From: a virus
Virus record (IMG/VR): IMGVR_UViG_3300025617_000006
Length of the DNA stretch: 64,000 bases
Reading direction: 5' to 3' (one strand)
Shown: piece after piece, positions 1 through 9,140 of the stretch
How positions within the stretch are numbered: the first letter of the stretch is position 1
Layout: each line of letters starts with the position of its first letter
The notes under the pieces: model-generated
Databases searched by the model: none
What the model was told of the DNA's origin: nothing
The model's input: the letters and a program-made list of their open reading frames with translations, nothing else
Position numbers and translations under genes: made by a program

Positions 1-14
1 AACCTTAATGTGAT

Positions 15-611
15 TTACTTAAATCTTTCTAAAAATTCGTCAACTGTTATATGTGACAAATTTGAAAAAGACTTTAATCCTTTAGGTATAAAGACATCAT
101 TGTCTTGTACTACTCTTATATATCTCTTTTTTCCATTTCTCTGTAAAATAATACCAGTTTGACGCTCCCAATTACCGAAGTATGTTGCAGGGTCTGTTTT
201 ACGCTTGTAATTGTATGTTCCTGCATACAGATTGTTTACTCTATCTGATTTATCGCCTCTTCCAGTGGTGCCTTTATAATCAAAGCCTAAAATATAGATG
301 TTTTCGTGCCCGTGTTCTGTTGCTAAATCTAATGCTGTTGGTCCAGAACTCCAGCCTTTACTTGGATTTAAAATGTTCAATTTGGCGATATCTTTGAAGT
401 TTTTATTATGGTTAGTGTATACATTGTGCTTTAGTTGCCAGTTTGATTTTGCTATTTCTAGAACCATTTTGGCATCTACAGCAACCAAATGATCTGGTTC
501 AAACTCTCTATATAAAGCATTACAGCCGTATACTACACCGTAATTTTTTAAGTTATCTAAGGGAATTGAGGCTCGACTTGTTCCGTTACCTAGCACAAAT
601 GCTGTAGACAT
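15..611 (-). CDS. DUF115/MptE-like (Maf/GT29-fold) nucleotide-binding transferase-like protein
   Basis: Motifs AFVLGNGTSR, YGCNALYR..PDHLVAVD, WSSGPTAL and IYILGFD. The ORF track starts at GTG 626, but GGAG followed by ATG at 611 is the better start. Confidence 0.55.
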   Translation of the reverse strand: MSTAFVLGNGTSRASIPLDNLKNYGVVYGCNALYREFEPDHLVAVDAKMVLEIAKSNWQLKHNVYTNHNKNFKDIAKLNILNPSKGWSSGPTALDLATEHGHENIYILGFDYKGTTGRGDKSDRVNNLYAGTYNYKRKTDPATYFGNWERQTGIILQRNGKKRYIRVVQDNDVFIPKGLKSFSNLSHITVDEFLERFK

Positions 612-631
612 ATACTTCTGCTCCACATATC

Positions 632-871
632 TTAAACTTCAGGTTGTGATGAAATTCCGTACATTTGTCTTACAAAGTGCAATTCTTTTTGTTGCTCTTC
701 GTTGTGGTACTCAGATGCTCTACGTGCTTTGTTAATCTGTCGTAACGTTAATCTAGTCTTGCGAGTATCGTCTTTTTGAACAATTGATTCGTCATCAATT
801 GGATCATAAGATTTATCTTCGGTTGGTTCAATCATTTGTTTGTCAAAGTAAAAAAATTCACGTACTATCAT
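632..871 (-). CDS. small head-module protein (hypothetical)
   Basis: 79 aa directly downstream of the portal gene, with TAAATA 5 nt upstream of the ATG. Confidence 0.65.
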   Translation of the reverse strand: MIVREFFYFDKQMIEPTEDKSYDPIDDESIVQKDDTRKTRLTLRQINKARRASEYHNEEQQKELHFVRQMYGISSQPEV

Positions 872-879
872 AAAAGTAT

Positions 880-2637
880 TTATCCTTCTACCGGCGGAGC
901 CGCGCCGCCTGCATCTACACCTGTTGTAGTATCTGGTGGTGTGTCAACACCTCCGTCAGTTGGTGCTGGCTCTGCACTAGGATCAATATCCTCTGCGCCG
1001 CCCATATCTGCACTAAGTCCTGCACCACTAATACCAACGTCTCGCATTTCTGCACTTGCATCTGTTGGTAACGGTGTTAGATTTTCATCATTTTCTTCAC
1101 GCCACATACGTTCGTTTTCTGCAACTTCTTCATCGTTCATTCCTAAGAATCGCTTCATAGCAAATCTGTTTGACAAAAACGGTACTGCTTGAATTTGTGT
1201 AAAAGTTGGAATTCTTACGTTATCAAGTTCGCTTTGTCTATAACTTGCAAAATTCATTGGTTCTTGGAATTGCAAATCAAACATTGAAATATCAATGTTC
1301 ATGCCTTTTTCTAGCAAGTAACGTTTAAATTCTTCGTTAAACTGATCAATAACAAGACTTTGTAATCTTTCACAATATTTGTTAAAACGTAATTCTTGAA
1401 TATATGCTGTGCCTACTCTGCCGTCATTGTGTTGACTCTGTCCTTCATCCTGTGCCGCTGTTGGCAAATAAGAACTTGGAATGCGTAAGCCTCTAATAAG
1501 TTTATTAGTAAAGTACTTTAAGTCGTCAATTTCACCTAAGTTAGTACCACCTGGTAATGTTTCAACTTTAGATCCTCTACCTTCTGCTGTTTGCGGGAAG
1601 AAATAATCTTCGTTAGTTGATAGCGGATTATATGCACTATCAACAACACTAGTTGATCCACCTGTTGCACTTGGAATGCGTCTTTGATGTATTTCTGTCT
1701 TAACACGTTCAACAAACTGCATTGCTAAGTGACTTGGCATATTACCTACGTCAATGTAAAATACTCGACGCTCTGGTGCTCTTTGTGTTCTGTAAATAAT
1801 GATAGCATCTTCAAGTAATTCTTTTTGTTTATAAACTTTAAAAATACTTTCAAGTAATGAATTACCAAAAGGAAAGTTATTGTCTAACCCTTCTGACAAA
1901 CTTAAATGTATAACGTGCTCTGCATCAATTGCATATTCGCCATCACCTGTTTGAAATCTTGACCCAGACTGAGAAGTTCCAGAATTGCCTGTCATTCCTT
2001 GCGAGCCACCTGATTGATAACCTGTAGCCGGTTGTGATGCACCGCCGCCTGTAATATTACCTGATGTTACATAAGGATCTGTTGCAATTTGATCTCTAAA
2101 ATTAAAGTTAATATCTTTAATAATATATTGTTCAGGACGCTTGCCTTCGCTTTCGTTTACAATAATACGTGAAACTTTTGCAGGATCAATGTGATACCAT
2201 TTTTTAGTTTCTGGATCTCTAATAAAAAATGCATCGCCCATTTTAAAAATGTTACGCAACACACGAAACATTTTCGTGTCAAACTTTTGCATTTTACTCC
2301 ATTGCAACAAATACTGTTGCAATACTTTAATCTCTGTAGTAGTTCCGGTTTTGTTAAACTTTAACGTAAAGTTTGTTCCGTTAGTTGGGTTTTGGTGTGA
2401 ACAAAATTCTGCTAGGATATCTAAAGCGGCATTTACTTCACTGTCATTATCCATAACATTATATTGACCATACCGTTCTACTCTATTCGGTGATCCGACA
2501 TATACATCCGGAAGATACGATGAATAATTTGAACGTGCTGGGCCAACATCGCTACCGCCGCGATTATTAAATGGACTCATTGAACCGTTACTGTTATTCC
2601 CAGTCGGTACGTTTGTAAAGTATCTTTTCCAACTCAT
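880..2637 (-). CDS. gp20: portal protein (T4 gp20-like)
   Basis: Signature LLEDAIIIYRTQRAPERRVFYIDVGNMP, EDYFFP...GRGSKVETLPGGTNLGEIDDLKYF..KL.RGLRIPSS, ELRFNKY..RLQ. Confidence 0.95.
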   Translation of the reverse strand: MSWKRYFTNVPTGNNSNGSMSPFNNRGGSDVGPARSNYSSYLPDVYVGSPNRVERYGQYNVMDNDSEVNAALDILAEFCSHQNPTNGTNFTLKFNKTGTTTEIKVLQQYLLQWSKMQKFDTKMFRVLRNIFKMGDAFFIRDPETKKWYHIDPAKVSRIIVNESEGKRPEQYIIKDINFNFRDQIATDPYVTSGNITGGGASQPATGYQSGGSQGMTGNSGTSQSGSRFQTGDGEYAIDAEHVIHLSLSEGLDNNFPFGNSLLESIFKVYKQKELLEDAIIIYRTQRAPERRVFYIDVGNMPSHLAMQFVERVKTEIHQRRIPSATGGSTSVVDSAYNPLSTNEDYFFPQTAEGRGSKVETLPGGTNLGEIDDLKYFTNKLIRGLRIPSSYLPTAAQDEGQSQHNDGRVGTAYIQELRFNKYCERLQSLVIDQFNEEFKRYLLEKGMNIDISMFDLQFQEPMNFASYRQSELDNVRIPTFTQIQAVPFLSNRFAMKRFLGMNDEEVAENERMWREENDENLTPLPTDASAEMRDVGISGAGLSADMGGAEDIDPSAEPAPTDGGVDTPPDTTTGVDAGGAAPPVEG

Positions 2638-2654
2638 ATTTTTTTCCTATGCCC

Positions 2655-4898
2655 TTATGCTCTTAATAAATTGCCCTGTAATGCTCTAGTTGCAGAAATT
2701 TGTGTTTTTAGTAATTTATTCTGCTCCTGTAACAATGCAATTAATTGGGCATTGCTTGCACTATCACTTGTATTTAACGCCGGATTCGCATTTGCTGCCG
2801 GCAATGTGGTTGGAAGTGTTGGCATTGTTGCCGGATCAACTTTTGCAACATTATTGTCAGGGGCTGGCGATTGTACCGGCTTTGGTTGTTTTGTTGGTTT
2901 AATTGCTTTAGCAGGATCGGCTTTTGGATCTGATTCTTCCTCATCATCTCCTCCCCACTGCCACCAACTTTTCTTTCGCTTGCCTTCATCTTTTAATTCT
3001 TCAGGTTCTTCGTCACCAACTAGCCACGATGGTAACCATCCTGTTAATTTGTCCCATAGTCCGCTAAAGAATCCTCCAATTGCCGCAAACGCATCAAATA
3101 CGCCGCCAAAGAAACTTTTAATATATTCCCAACCAAATATTGCTACAAGAGCGGCACCAATTGCTAGGAACGGTGCGGCAATTGGTGCAAATATCATTGT
3201 AAGTATGCCTGCGCCAAGACCAATAAGAATTGTATCAAGGTTGCTTACAATAGCATTCCAAATTCCTTCACCAATTGTTCCCATTAATGAACTAAATGCA
3301 CTTCCGATTGCTGGACTAATTTTTTCAGACCATACAATACCAACAAAGTTCATAATCTTATCTACCATTCCGTCACCTGCTTCGGCAGCACCCCACGATT
3401 CTTTAAGATAAGCAACAGTACCACTAACCCACTCAACTAGTCCTGTTGTAAACTCTTCAAGCATTGACATTTCGCCAGGGGCGCTCGTTGTAAAGTATTT
3501 TAAAAATTCACCAACAGCGTCAGTTGCCATTTTAAATATCCCAGACTCGACAAACCCTTCCATAAGTTTGCCTCTAGCATTTGCGATACTACTTTCAAAA
3601 TTAGCAAGTCCTGTAGTTCCTTTATCTCTGGCTTTTTGTTCAGCGGCAATTTGTGCTTCGGAATACCCTGCATACTTTGCTGTCATTTTACTATAATCGC
3701 TAATTCCGCCTAGTAACCCGTCAAAACCTTCTTTGCCCATTAACGCTTGGATCTGTGCTGGACTCATTTCTTTTAGCATTGCATCCATTTGAGGTCCAAA
3801 CGCCGCCATCTTCTTAATGTATTCTTCTTGACTAATGTTACCTTTGCCCATCTGCGTTTGTAGATCTTGGAATCCAGGTATAGTTGCCGCAAGTTTTTGT
3901 GCTAAAGGAGTTTGTGCTACACCGTCAGCCATGTCTTTAATAGCATCGCCGAATCCTGGTAATTCTGAATCAACAAATGCTATACTATTTTCAAAGTTTT
4001 TAAGTTCATCGCCTTGTAGTCTTAACTTCATAGCAAGTACGTTTGCTTCTGCATTTTGTTGTTTTAATAATGCTTCTGCTTCTTTTCGTGACTTACCTGT
4101 AACTTTTGCAAGTCTGTCGATTTGCATTAAATATTCTTCTGAGCCTGCACGTAGTTGCGCATCACTCATATTTTGCAATCGTCCTTGACGTGCTTGCATC
4201 TCCATATATTCAGCAGTGTGTTCTCCAAGAGCCTCCATGGTAAATCCCATGCCCATGAAATCTCTTCCACTGTCTCGAATATCTTTTTGGAGTTTTCCAA
4301 ATCTCATTGCGCCTTCGGTAACTGATCCTCCTAAGAGTTGCATACGTTCGGCGTTGTTACCAATTAGTTCAGCGTATTCTTTTAATCCTAAACCGGCTTG
4401 TGCGGCGGCCATGTTCATCTGTGTAATGTCGTTACCAAAACTAGCACCAACTTCGCTTAGTTCTCTAAAAGTATCAACGTTTCCTTCAAACACTCCAACA
4501 ACGGCTGATAATGTACTACCAACTAACGGAATATGCTGTGTAAAGTCACTCATCCTGTTGCCGCCGGATAGGAGTTCCATTCCAAGATCCATTGCACTGC
4601 CAGCAAGACCTGTTATTGCGCTACCGAGTAAGCCAGTTACTGATTTTACACCTTTGCCAAAGTCTTGTAATAATGTAGTCGAATTGGAAACTTCTTCGCC
4701 CATATCTCCTAGTTTACTACCAAGACCGCTAATGATTCCGCTTGGTCCGCCAGCACCACCGCCGCCAGCACCACCACCCGAACCGGTGCCACCGCCGCCA
4801 CTCTTAAGTGCTCTTAATATTTCCTTAAGAGTTGCATCTTCAGCCGCATTTTGGGCTATTACGTTACCAACTCCTGGAATATCAACTGTTACTGCCAT
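2655..4898 (-). CDS. tail tape measure protein
   Basis: 747 aa, Ala/Gly-rich helical protein with a C-terminal hydrophobic/Trp-spaced segment; adjacent to the chaperone pair. Confidence 0.7.
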   Translation of the reverse strand: MAVTVDIPGVGNVIAQNAAEDATLKEILRALKSGGGGTGSGGGAGGGGAGGPSGIISGLGSKLGDMGEEVSNSTTLLQDFGKGVKSVTGLLGSAITGLAGSAMDLGMELLSGGNRMSDFTQHIPLVGSTLSAVVGVFEGNVDTFRELSEVGASFGNDITQMNMAAAQAGLGLKEYAELIGNNAERMQLLGGSVTEGAMRFGKLQKDIRDSGRDFMGMGFTMEALGEHTAEYMEMQARQGRLQNMSDAQLRAGSEEYLMQIDRLAKVTGKSRKEAEALLKQQNAEANVLAMKLRLQGDELKNFENSIAFVDSELPGFGDAIKDMADGVAQTPLAQKLAATIPGFQDLQTQMGKGNISQEEYIKKMAAFGPQMDAMLKEMSPAQIQALMGKEGFDGLLGGISDYSKMTAKYAGYSEAQIAAEQKARDKGTTGLANFESSIANARGKLMEGFVESGIFKMATDAVGEFLKYFTTSAPGEMSMLEEFTTGLVEWVSGTVAYLKESWGAAEAGDGMVDKIMNFVGIVWSEKISPAIGSAFSSLMGTIGEGIWNAIVSNLDTILIGLGAGILTMIFAPIAAPFLAIGAALVAIFGWEYIKSFFGGVFDAFAAIGGFFSGLWDKLTGWLPSWLVGDEEPEELKDEGKRKKSWWQWGGDDEEESDPKADPAKAIKPTKQPKPVQSPAPDNNVAKVDPATMPTLPTTLPAANANPALNTSDSASNAQLIALLQEQNKLLKTQISATRALQGNLLRA

Positions 4899-4926
4899 TA
4901 TTATATACTCACTTTATACGATGCAA

Positions 4927-4952
4927 TAAATACTTTTGCTATATACTATTTA
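4927..4952. promoter_or_regulatory. face-to-face pair of late promoters (TAAATA on + at 4927-4932 and on - at 4952-4947)
   Basis: T4 late promoter core TATAAATA-like boxes in the divergent gap between tape measure and chaperone genes. Confidence 0.55.
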
Positions 4953-4965
4953 GCAGGAGAACAAA

Positions 4966-5880
4966 ATGGCGGAAAATAATATGTTTAACAACGGTATGCA
5001 AGGAAGTATTCCTATGCAACCTACACCAGTGAACCCGTTACAAAAGCATTTTAGACAGCCTAAAATTTATATCAGATTACCTTCAGGTGGAAAATATTGG
5101 CCTGCTGGTTCTATTGAAATGCCGGAGAACGGAGAGTTACCGGTATATCCAATGACTGCTAAGGACGAACTAGTCCTTAAAACACCTGATGCTTTAATGA
5201 ATGGTGAATCAACTACTCAAATGATGAAAAGTTGTGTACCCAATATTAAAGATGCATCAGTTTGTCCAAGCATTGATCTAGATGCAATTTTAGTTGCTAT
5301 TAGAATTGCAACCTACGGGGAAACAATGACAGTAAAAGGAACCATTCCAAATACTGAAATTGAGAGAGACTATGATATTAATCTAGTTGAACTACTAGAC
5401 CGATTACAGCAAAATCAATATCCAGAAACTTTTAAAATTGGAGAGTTCACGTTTAGTATGCGACCAACTGCATATAAAACATTTACAGATTTGTCGTTGT
5501 TGAGATTTGAAGAAGAAAGAAAACTTCGTCAAATTAATGACAATACTAAAATGAACGATAAAGATAAATTAAAAGTGTTTAACGAGTCTTTTCAAAAGTT
5601 AACACAACTTACTCTACAAACAGTAGTAAGCCATGTTACAAGTGTTCAGTATCTTAACGAGGATCCAGTTACTGATCCAAATCACATTACTGAATTTTTT
5701 GAAAACGTCGATAGTGAATTATTTGAAAAACTACAAAAGTATATCGAAGAACTTAAAGTAGCATTTAGTATTCCAGAGTTTGATGCTGTTGCATCACAAG
5801 AAGAAATAGAGGCAGGCGCACCTGAAACTTACAAAGTTCCAGTAATGTTTGATCAATCAAATTTTTTCGCTCGTCGATAA
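4966..5880 (+). CDS. baseplate hub assembly protein / tail assembly chaperone (T4 gp26-like)
   Basis: YIRLPSGG, PMTAKDELVLK, IDLDAILVAIRIATYGE motifs typical of gp26-like proteins; AGGAG Shine-Dalgarno. Confidence 0.75.
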   Translation: MAENNMFNNGMQGSIPMQPTPVNPLQKHFRQPKIYIRLPSGGKYWPAGSIEMPENGELPVYPMTAKDELVLKTPDALMNGESTTQMMKSCVPNIKDASVCPSIDLDAILVAIRIATYGETMTVKGTIPNTEIERDYDINLVELLDRLQQNQYPETFKIGEFTFSMRPTAYKTFTDLSLLRFEEERKLRQINDNTKMNDKDKLKVFNESFQKLTQLTLQTVVSHVTSVQYLNEDPVTDPNHITEFFENVDSELFEKLQKYIEELKVAFSIPEFDAVASQEEIEAGAPETYKVPVMFDQSNFFARR

Positions 5881-5899
5881 TGCACATGCCTCTTGACGA
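5859..5899 (+). promoter_or_regulatory. putative programmed -1 ribosomal frameshift site
   Basis: In-frame slippery heptamer A AAT TTT (5859-5865), overlapping T TTT TTC, then a 7-bp stem 5871-5877/5893-5899. The -1 frame is open into the next ORF. Confidence 0.65.
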
Positions 5900-6098
5900 A
5901 ATTATTGCGTTAAGTAAAACTCTCGAACAACAATGTAAAAAAATTAAATACGATTTAATGAAAGTTGTATGGTATATGAGAGGTGGTGTGTCATTATCGG
6001 AAGCATACGACTTTGGTCCTGAGGACCGAGAAATTGTCAATAAGATAATTGAGGAAAACTTAGAAACTACTCAAAAAACTAAGATGCCGTTCTTTTAA
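5880..6098 (+). CDS. gp51-like small hub-assembly protein; probable C-terminal extension of the frameshift product
   Basis: 72 aa (WYMRGGVSLSEAYDFGPEDREIV), in the -1 frame relative to the upstream ORF, with no evident Shine-Dalgarno. Confidence 0.6.
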   Translation: MHMPLDEIIALSKTLEQQCKKIKYDLMKVVWYMRGGVSLSEAYDFGPEDREIVNKIIEENLETTQKTKMPFF

Positions 6099-8158
6099 AC
6101 GTTTTTCTGAAAACGTTGATCAGGTCTTGGATTTTTTGCTGGTGTACTACCTGCACTTGCCGCTTTCTTACTAGTCATTGTTTTTGTTACAGCCGCTTGT
6201 TGTGCTTGTTTAGTTCCACCCTGAATACCAGGAGAAGTTAATTGACCTTTTACAAGTTTGGCAATATTTGCTTTTTGAATTTGTTTTGCAAGTTCTTCTA
6301 GGTCTGGACGTCCTAGTCCTTGTGTATCAGCACTTACTGATTTACCAGTAGCCATATCAACCCAACTAGCACCTAACCAAATATGATCTTGGTTATTTGC
6401 CTGTCTAACCAAACCAATATTTCTGCCATCTCTAGTTGCTTCAATATCTCCGTCTGCGGCTGGATTTTTAGGATCAACTAATCCTGCATCTTTTTTAATC
6501 CACTTGGCAATTTCGTCTTTAGTAGCACGTCTTTCGCCACTTGCTGATGTTTGTGTAGCACTATCTCCGGAACCGTCTGCTGTAGCATCTGCATCTTTAC
6601 CACCGCTTGTTGACGCTTGTGTTGCGTCTGTAGCACCATCTGCATTTTTAGCATCGCCAAGATCGATTTCTTGTTCTTGTCCAATTGCTTTAATATCTTC
6701 TGGGGACATGCCTGCATCTTGTAAAATAAATGCAATAGTTCCTGCATCTGTTGGCTCGCCCATTTCTTTCCATTTTTTGTTTAATTTGTTTGCAGTTACT
6801 TTGTTACCTAGATCTTTACCAACTTGTTTAACGCCTGCGGCTACTTTGCTTGCGGCTTTGCCTAAACCACGTTTCATTTTGGCGCCTAGCGTATTAGGAT
6901 TATCTAATGGTAGTTCGCCTTGTTCTGGATCTGCTTCTGCAATAAACTCGTTAAGCATATATCTATATGCAGTTTCGTAGTCAACTGATTCTGTATTTTT
7001 TGTTCCGCTACCACCTTGAAGATCTAATTCACCTTGTACTGGTTCACCACCTACTTTAACATCTTTAGCATCAATCTTTCCTGATACTGTACCTTGTGCT
7101 AATGCTGATATACCGCTATTGATTGCTGTCATATTTTGTAAGAATGCATCATTCTCAGCCGCAATCGCTTGAGCAATATCATTTGCAATTTTATTACTAT
7201 CAAGCCACCATTGTGCGTCAAATGTATCTACAAAATCGCTCATCTCAGAAAACGCATCTAGAGCCGCAGAATTACTTGTTGCTCCGCTTGCTGTTGCTTC
7301 TTTCATCGTGTTAAGAAGATCTGTAAATCTACCTACTTCGCTTTCTGGAATGACCATACTGCCGATTGTTTCTTTCATTGTAAACCCTGGTCCTGAAAAT
7401 GTTTCAGTAAAGTTTACATCAAATTGTACAAGTCCTGGTGCTTTTTCATATGGTACAGCATCGTATCTTAATCCTTCAAACCAATCTCCAATGCCATTTA
7501 ATGCCCAGCCTGCAATAGCACCATAGGCCGCTGTCTTAATTGACTTACCAACTGCACTTGAAAGTTTTTCGCCTTGTAGTAACTCTTTAGTTGAACGTAG
7601 AATTAAACCTGCGGCCGCACCTCCTACAGGCCCGCCTGCGAAAGCCGCAATAGCAGTTAAAATACCAACTGCTAAACTTGCCTTGCCTGGGTTCTCTTTT
7701 GCCCAGTCACTAACTTTTTGAATACCTTGTACAATTTTGCTATCACCGTTTTTAGCAGTAATGTCTTTCTTTAACTGTTCAAACTTAGCATCTGCATTTT
7801 TAACAGGACCTGCGTTTTGTGCCATCTTACCAAGTTCGTTAATTTTAGCATCAACTTTCTTTGCCATATCAACTGGAAGTTTAGCCGCTGCCGCTACACC
7901 TGAACCTACTTTGCCTGCAATAGTTTTATTGTCGCCGCTGTCCATAGCACGTTGCTCAGCACCTTTAAAAATATCTTGAATTTGATCAGGTGTTAGTGTT
8001 GCTTCTGCTAGTCTAGTATATTCTTCCAGCAAGGGCCATAATTCTTTTTCCCAGCGATTAAGATAAATTTTTTGTGTTTCAGTTAGTGTTTGATAAGAAC
8101 TTTCAGTTAGGATCTGTGCTGTTCTGTTGTTTGGTTTGTTAAGTTCATATAAATTCAT
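6095..8158 (-). CDS. probable internal virion/ejection protein
   Basis: 687 aa; starts MNLYEL; several (L/I)-x-E sites; Gly/Ala hydrophobic hairpin LAVGILTAIAAFAGGPVGGAAAGLIL. Confidence 0.55.
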   Translation of the reverse strand: MNLYELNKPNNRTAQILTESSYQTLTETQKIYLNRWEKELWPLLEEYTRLAEATLTPDQIQDIFKGAEQRAMDSGDNKTIAGKVGSGVAAAAKLPVDMAKKVDAKINELGKMAQNAGPVKNADAKFEQLKKDITAKNGDSKIVQGIQKVSDWAKENPGKASLAVGILTAIAAFAGGPVGGAAAGLILRSTKELLQGEKLSSAVGKSIKTAAYGAIAGWALNGIGDWFEGLRYDAVPYEKAPGLVQFDVNFTETFSGPGFTMKETIGSMVIPESEVGRFTDLLNTMKEATASGATSNSAALDAFSEMSDFVDTFDAQWWLDSNKIANDIAQAIAAENDAFLQNMTAINSGISALAQGTVSGKIDAKDVKVGGEPVQGELDLQGGSGTKNTESVDYETAYRYMLNEFIAEADPEQGELPLDNPNTLGAKMKRGLGKAASKVAAGVKQVGKDLGNKVTANKLNKKWKEMGEPTDAGTIAFILQDAGMSPEDIKAIGQEQEIDLGDAKNADGATDATQASTSGGKDADATADGSGDSATQTSASGERRATKDEIAKWIKKDAGLVDPKNPAADGDIEATRDGRNIGLVRQANNQDHIWLGASWVDMATGKSVSADTQGLGRPDLEELAKQIQKANIAKLVKGQLTSPGIQGGTKQAQQAAVTKTMTSKKAASAGSTPAKNPRPDQRFQKNV

Positions 8159-8802
8159 TATATCATGCTCGCTAATCGTTTTTTATCTGCACTATTAAGT
8201 AAATCTAATTGTGCTTGAATATTTGCAGGAATCGACTCTGCAGGACCTGCCGCACTTCCGTTACCTGTTGGTGGTGCTTCACCTTTGTTATCACCAGATA
8301 CTGGAGCAATTGGTTGTCCAGTTTTATCATCTTTGCCATCTTTGTTTGCATCAACTTGCGGAGTTGCACTTGCATCTTTTGCACCAGCAGTTGCGTCTTT
8401 TGTACTATCGTCAGCAGTTGCCGTGCCAGCCGCACCTTTAATTTTTTTAGAAGCCTGTACAACTTTTAATAGAATTGAATCAAGCATTTTTTTATTAATA
8501 ACACCTGACGGTGGAATAAGTCCGCCGTCTGTTGGATACTTTTTGCTTTTTAACCAATTAGATAAATCTGCAGGATCAATTGCACTCATGCTTTGCCCGC
8601 TTTGACCAATGTAATTTTGATATTCACTGCGTAATTTGTTTGCTTCATCACCGGTATCTATTTCCCCGGCCATGCCCATAGCAGTGTCCTTAGCACCAAC
8701 TTTTGCTAATGCTTTAGCACCGAATTTCTTTAAACCCTGCTTAATTGCACCCACAGGTGCTTCATCTACACGGGATTCAGCAATTAGTTCATGAATTTTC
8801 AT
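8158..8802 (-). CDS. probable internal head protein
   Basis: 214 aa; starts MKIHELIAESRVDE; late promoter TAAATA at 8835-8830. Confidence 0.55.
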   Translation of the reverse strand: MKIHELIAESRVDEAPVGAIKQGLKKFGAKALAKVGAKDTAMGMAGEIDTGDEANKLRSEYQNYIGQSGQSMSAIDPADLSNWLKSKKYPTDGGLIPPSGVINKKMLDSILLKVVQASKKIKGAAGTATADDSTKDATAGAKDASATPQVDANKDGKDDKTGQPIAPVSGDNKGEAPPTGNGSAAGPAESIPANIQAQLDLLNSADKKRLASMI

Positions 8803-8865
8803 CGTAATATCCTATTCGTTATCTACATGTATTTATTTCTTTGTAACATAATTAAATATTCAACG

Positions 8866-9054
8866 ATGAGATATACATATACCATAACTGATTCAAATAA
8901 CAACATTGTTGAAGATAACCTAAACAGTTATCAAGATGCAACTGATTATTTGTTATTAATGCAAAGTCAAGGAATACCTGCAAATACGTTTTTTATTGTT
9001 AAGATTGAGCATTATACAGTTACAGGATTAGGAAGAGATCCAGATTTACACTAA
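8866..9054 (+). CDS. hypothetical protein (62 aa)
   Basis: In-frame ATG at 8866 of the tracked ORF 8791-9054, 7 nt after TAAATA (8853-8858). Confidence 0.55.
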   Translation: MRYTYTITDSNNNIVEDNLNSYQDATDYLLLMQSQGIPANTFFIVKIEHYTVTGLGRDPDLH

Positions 9055-9140
9055 TATTCCATATCAGTTTGATGATCCATGTGACGATATCACCAGTCTG
9101 TGTGACTATTGGGAACAATGGATTGGATAACACTATTATG

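Noticed and set aside
2671-4929. Long antisense ORFs opposite the tape measure gene (similar ones at 6504-6980, 13987-14346 and 35759-36457)
   Set aside because: Shadow frames of Gly/Ala/Thr-rich genes, with no start signals or recognisable motifs.
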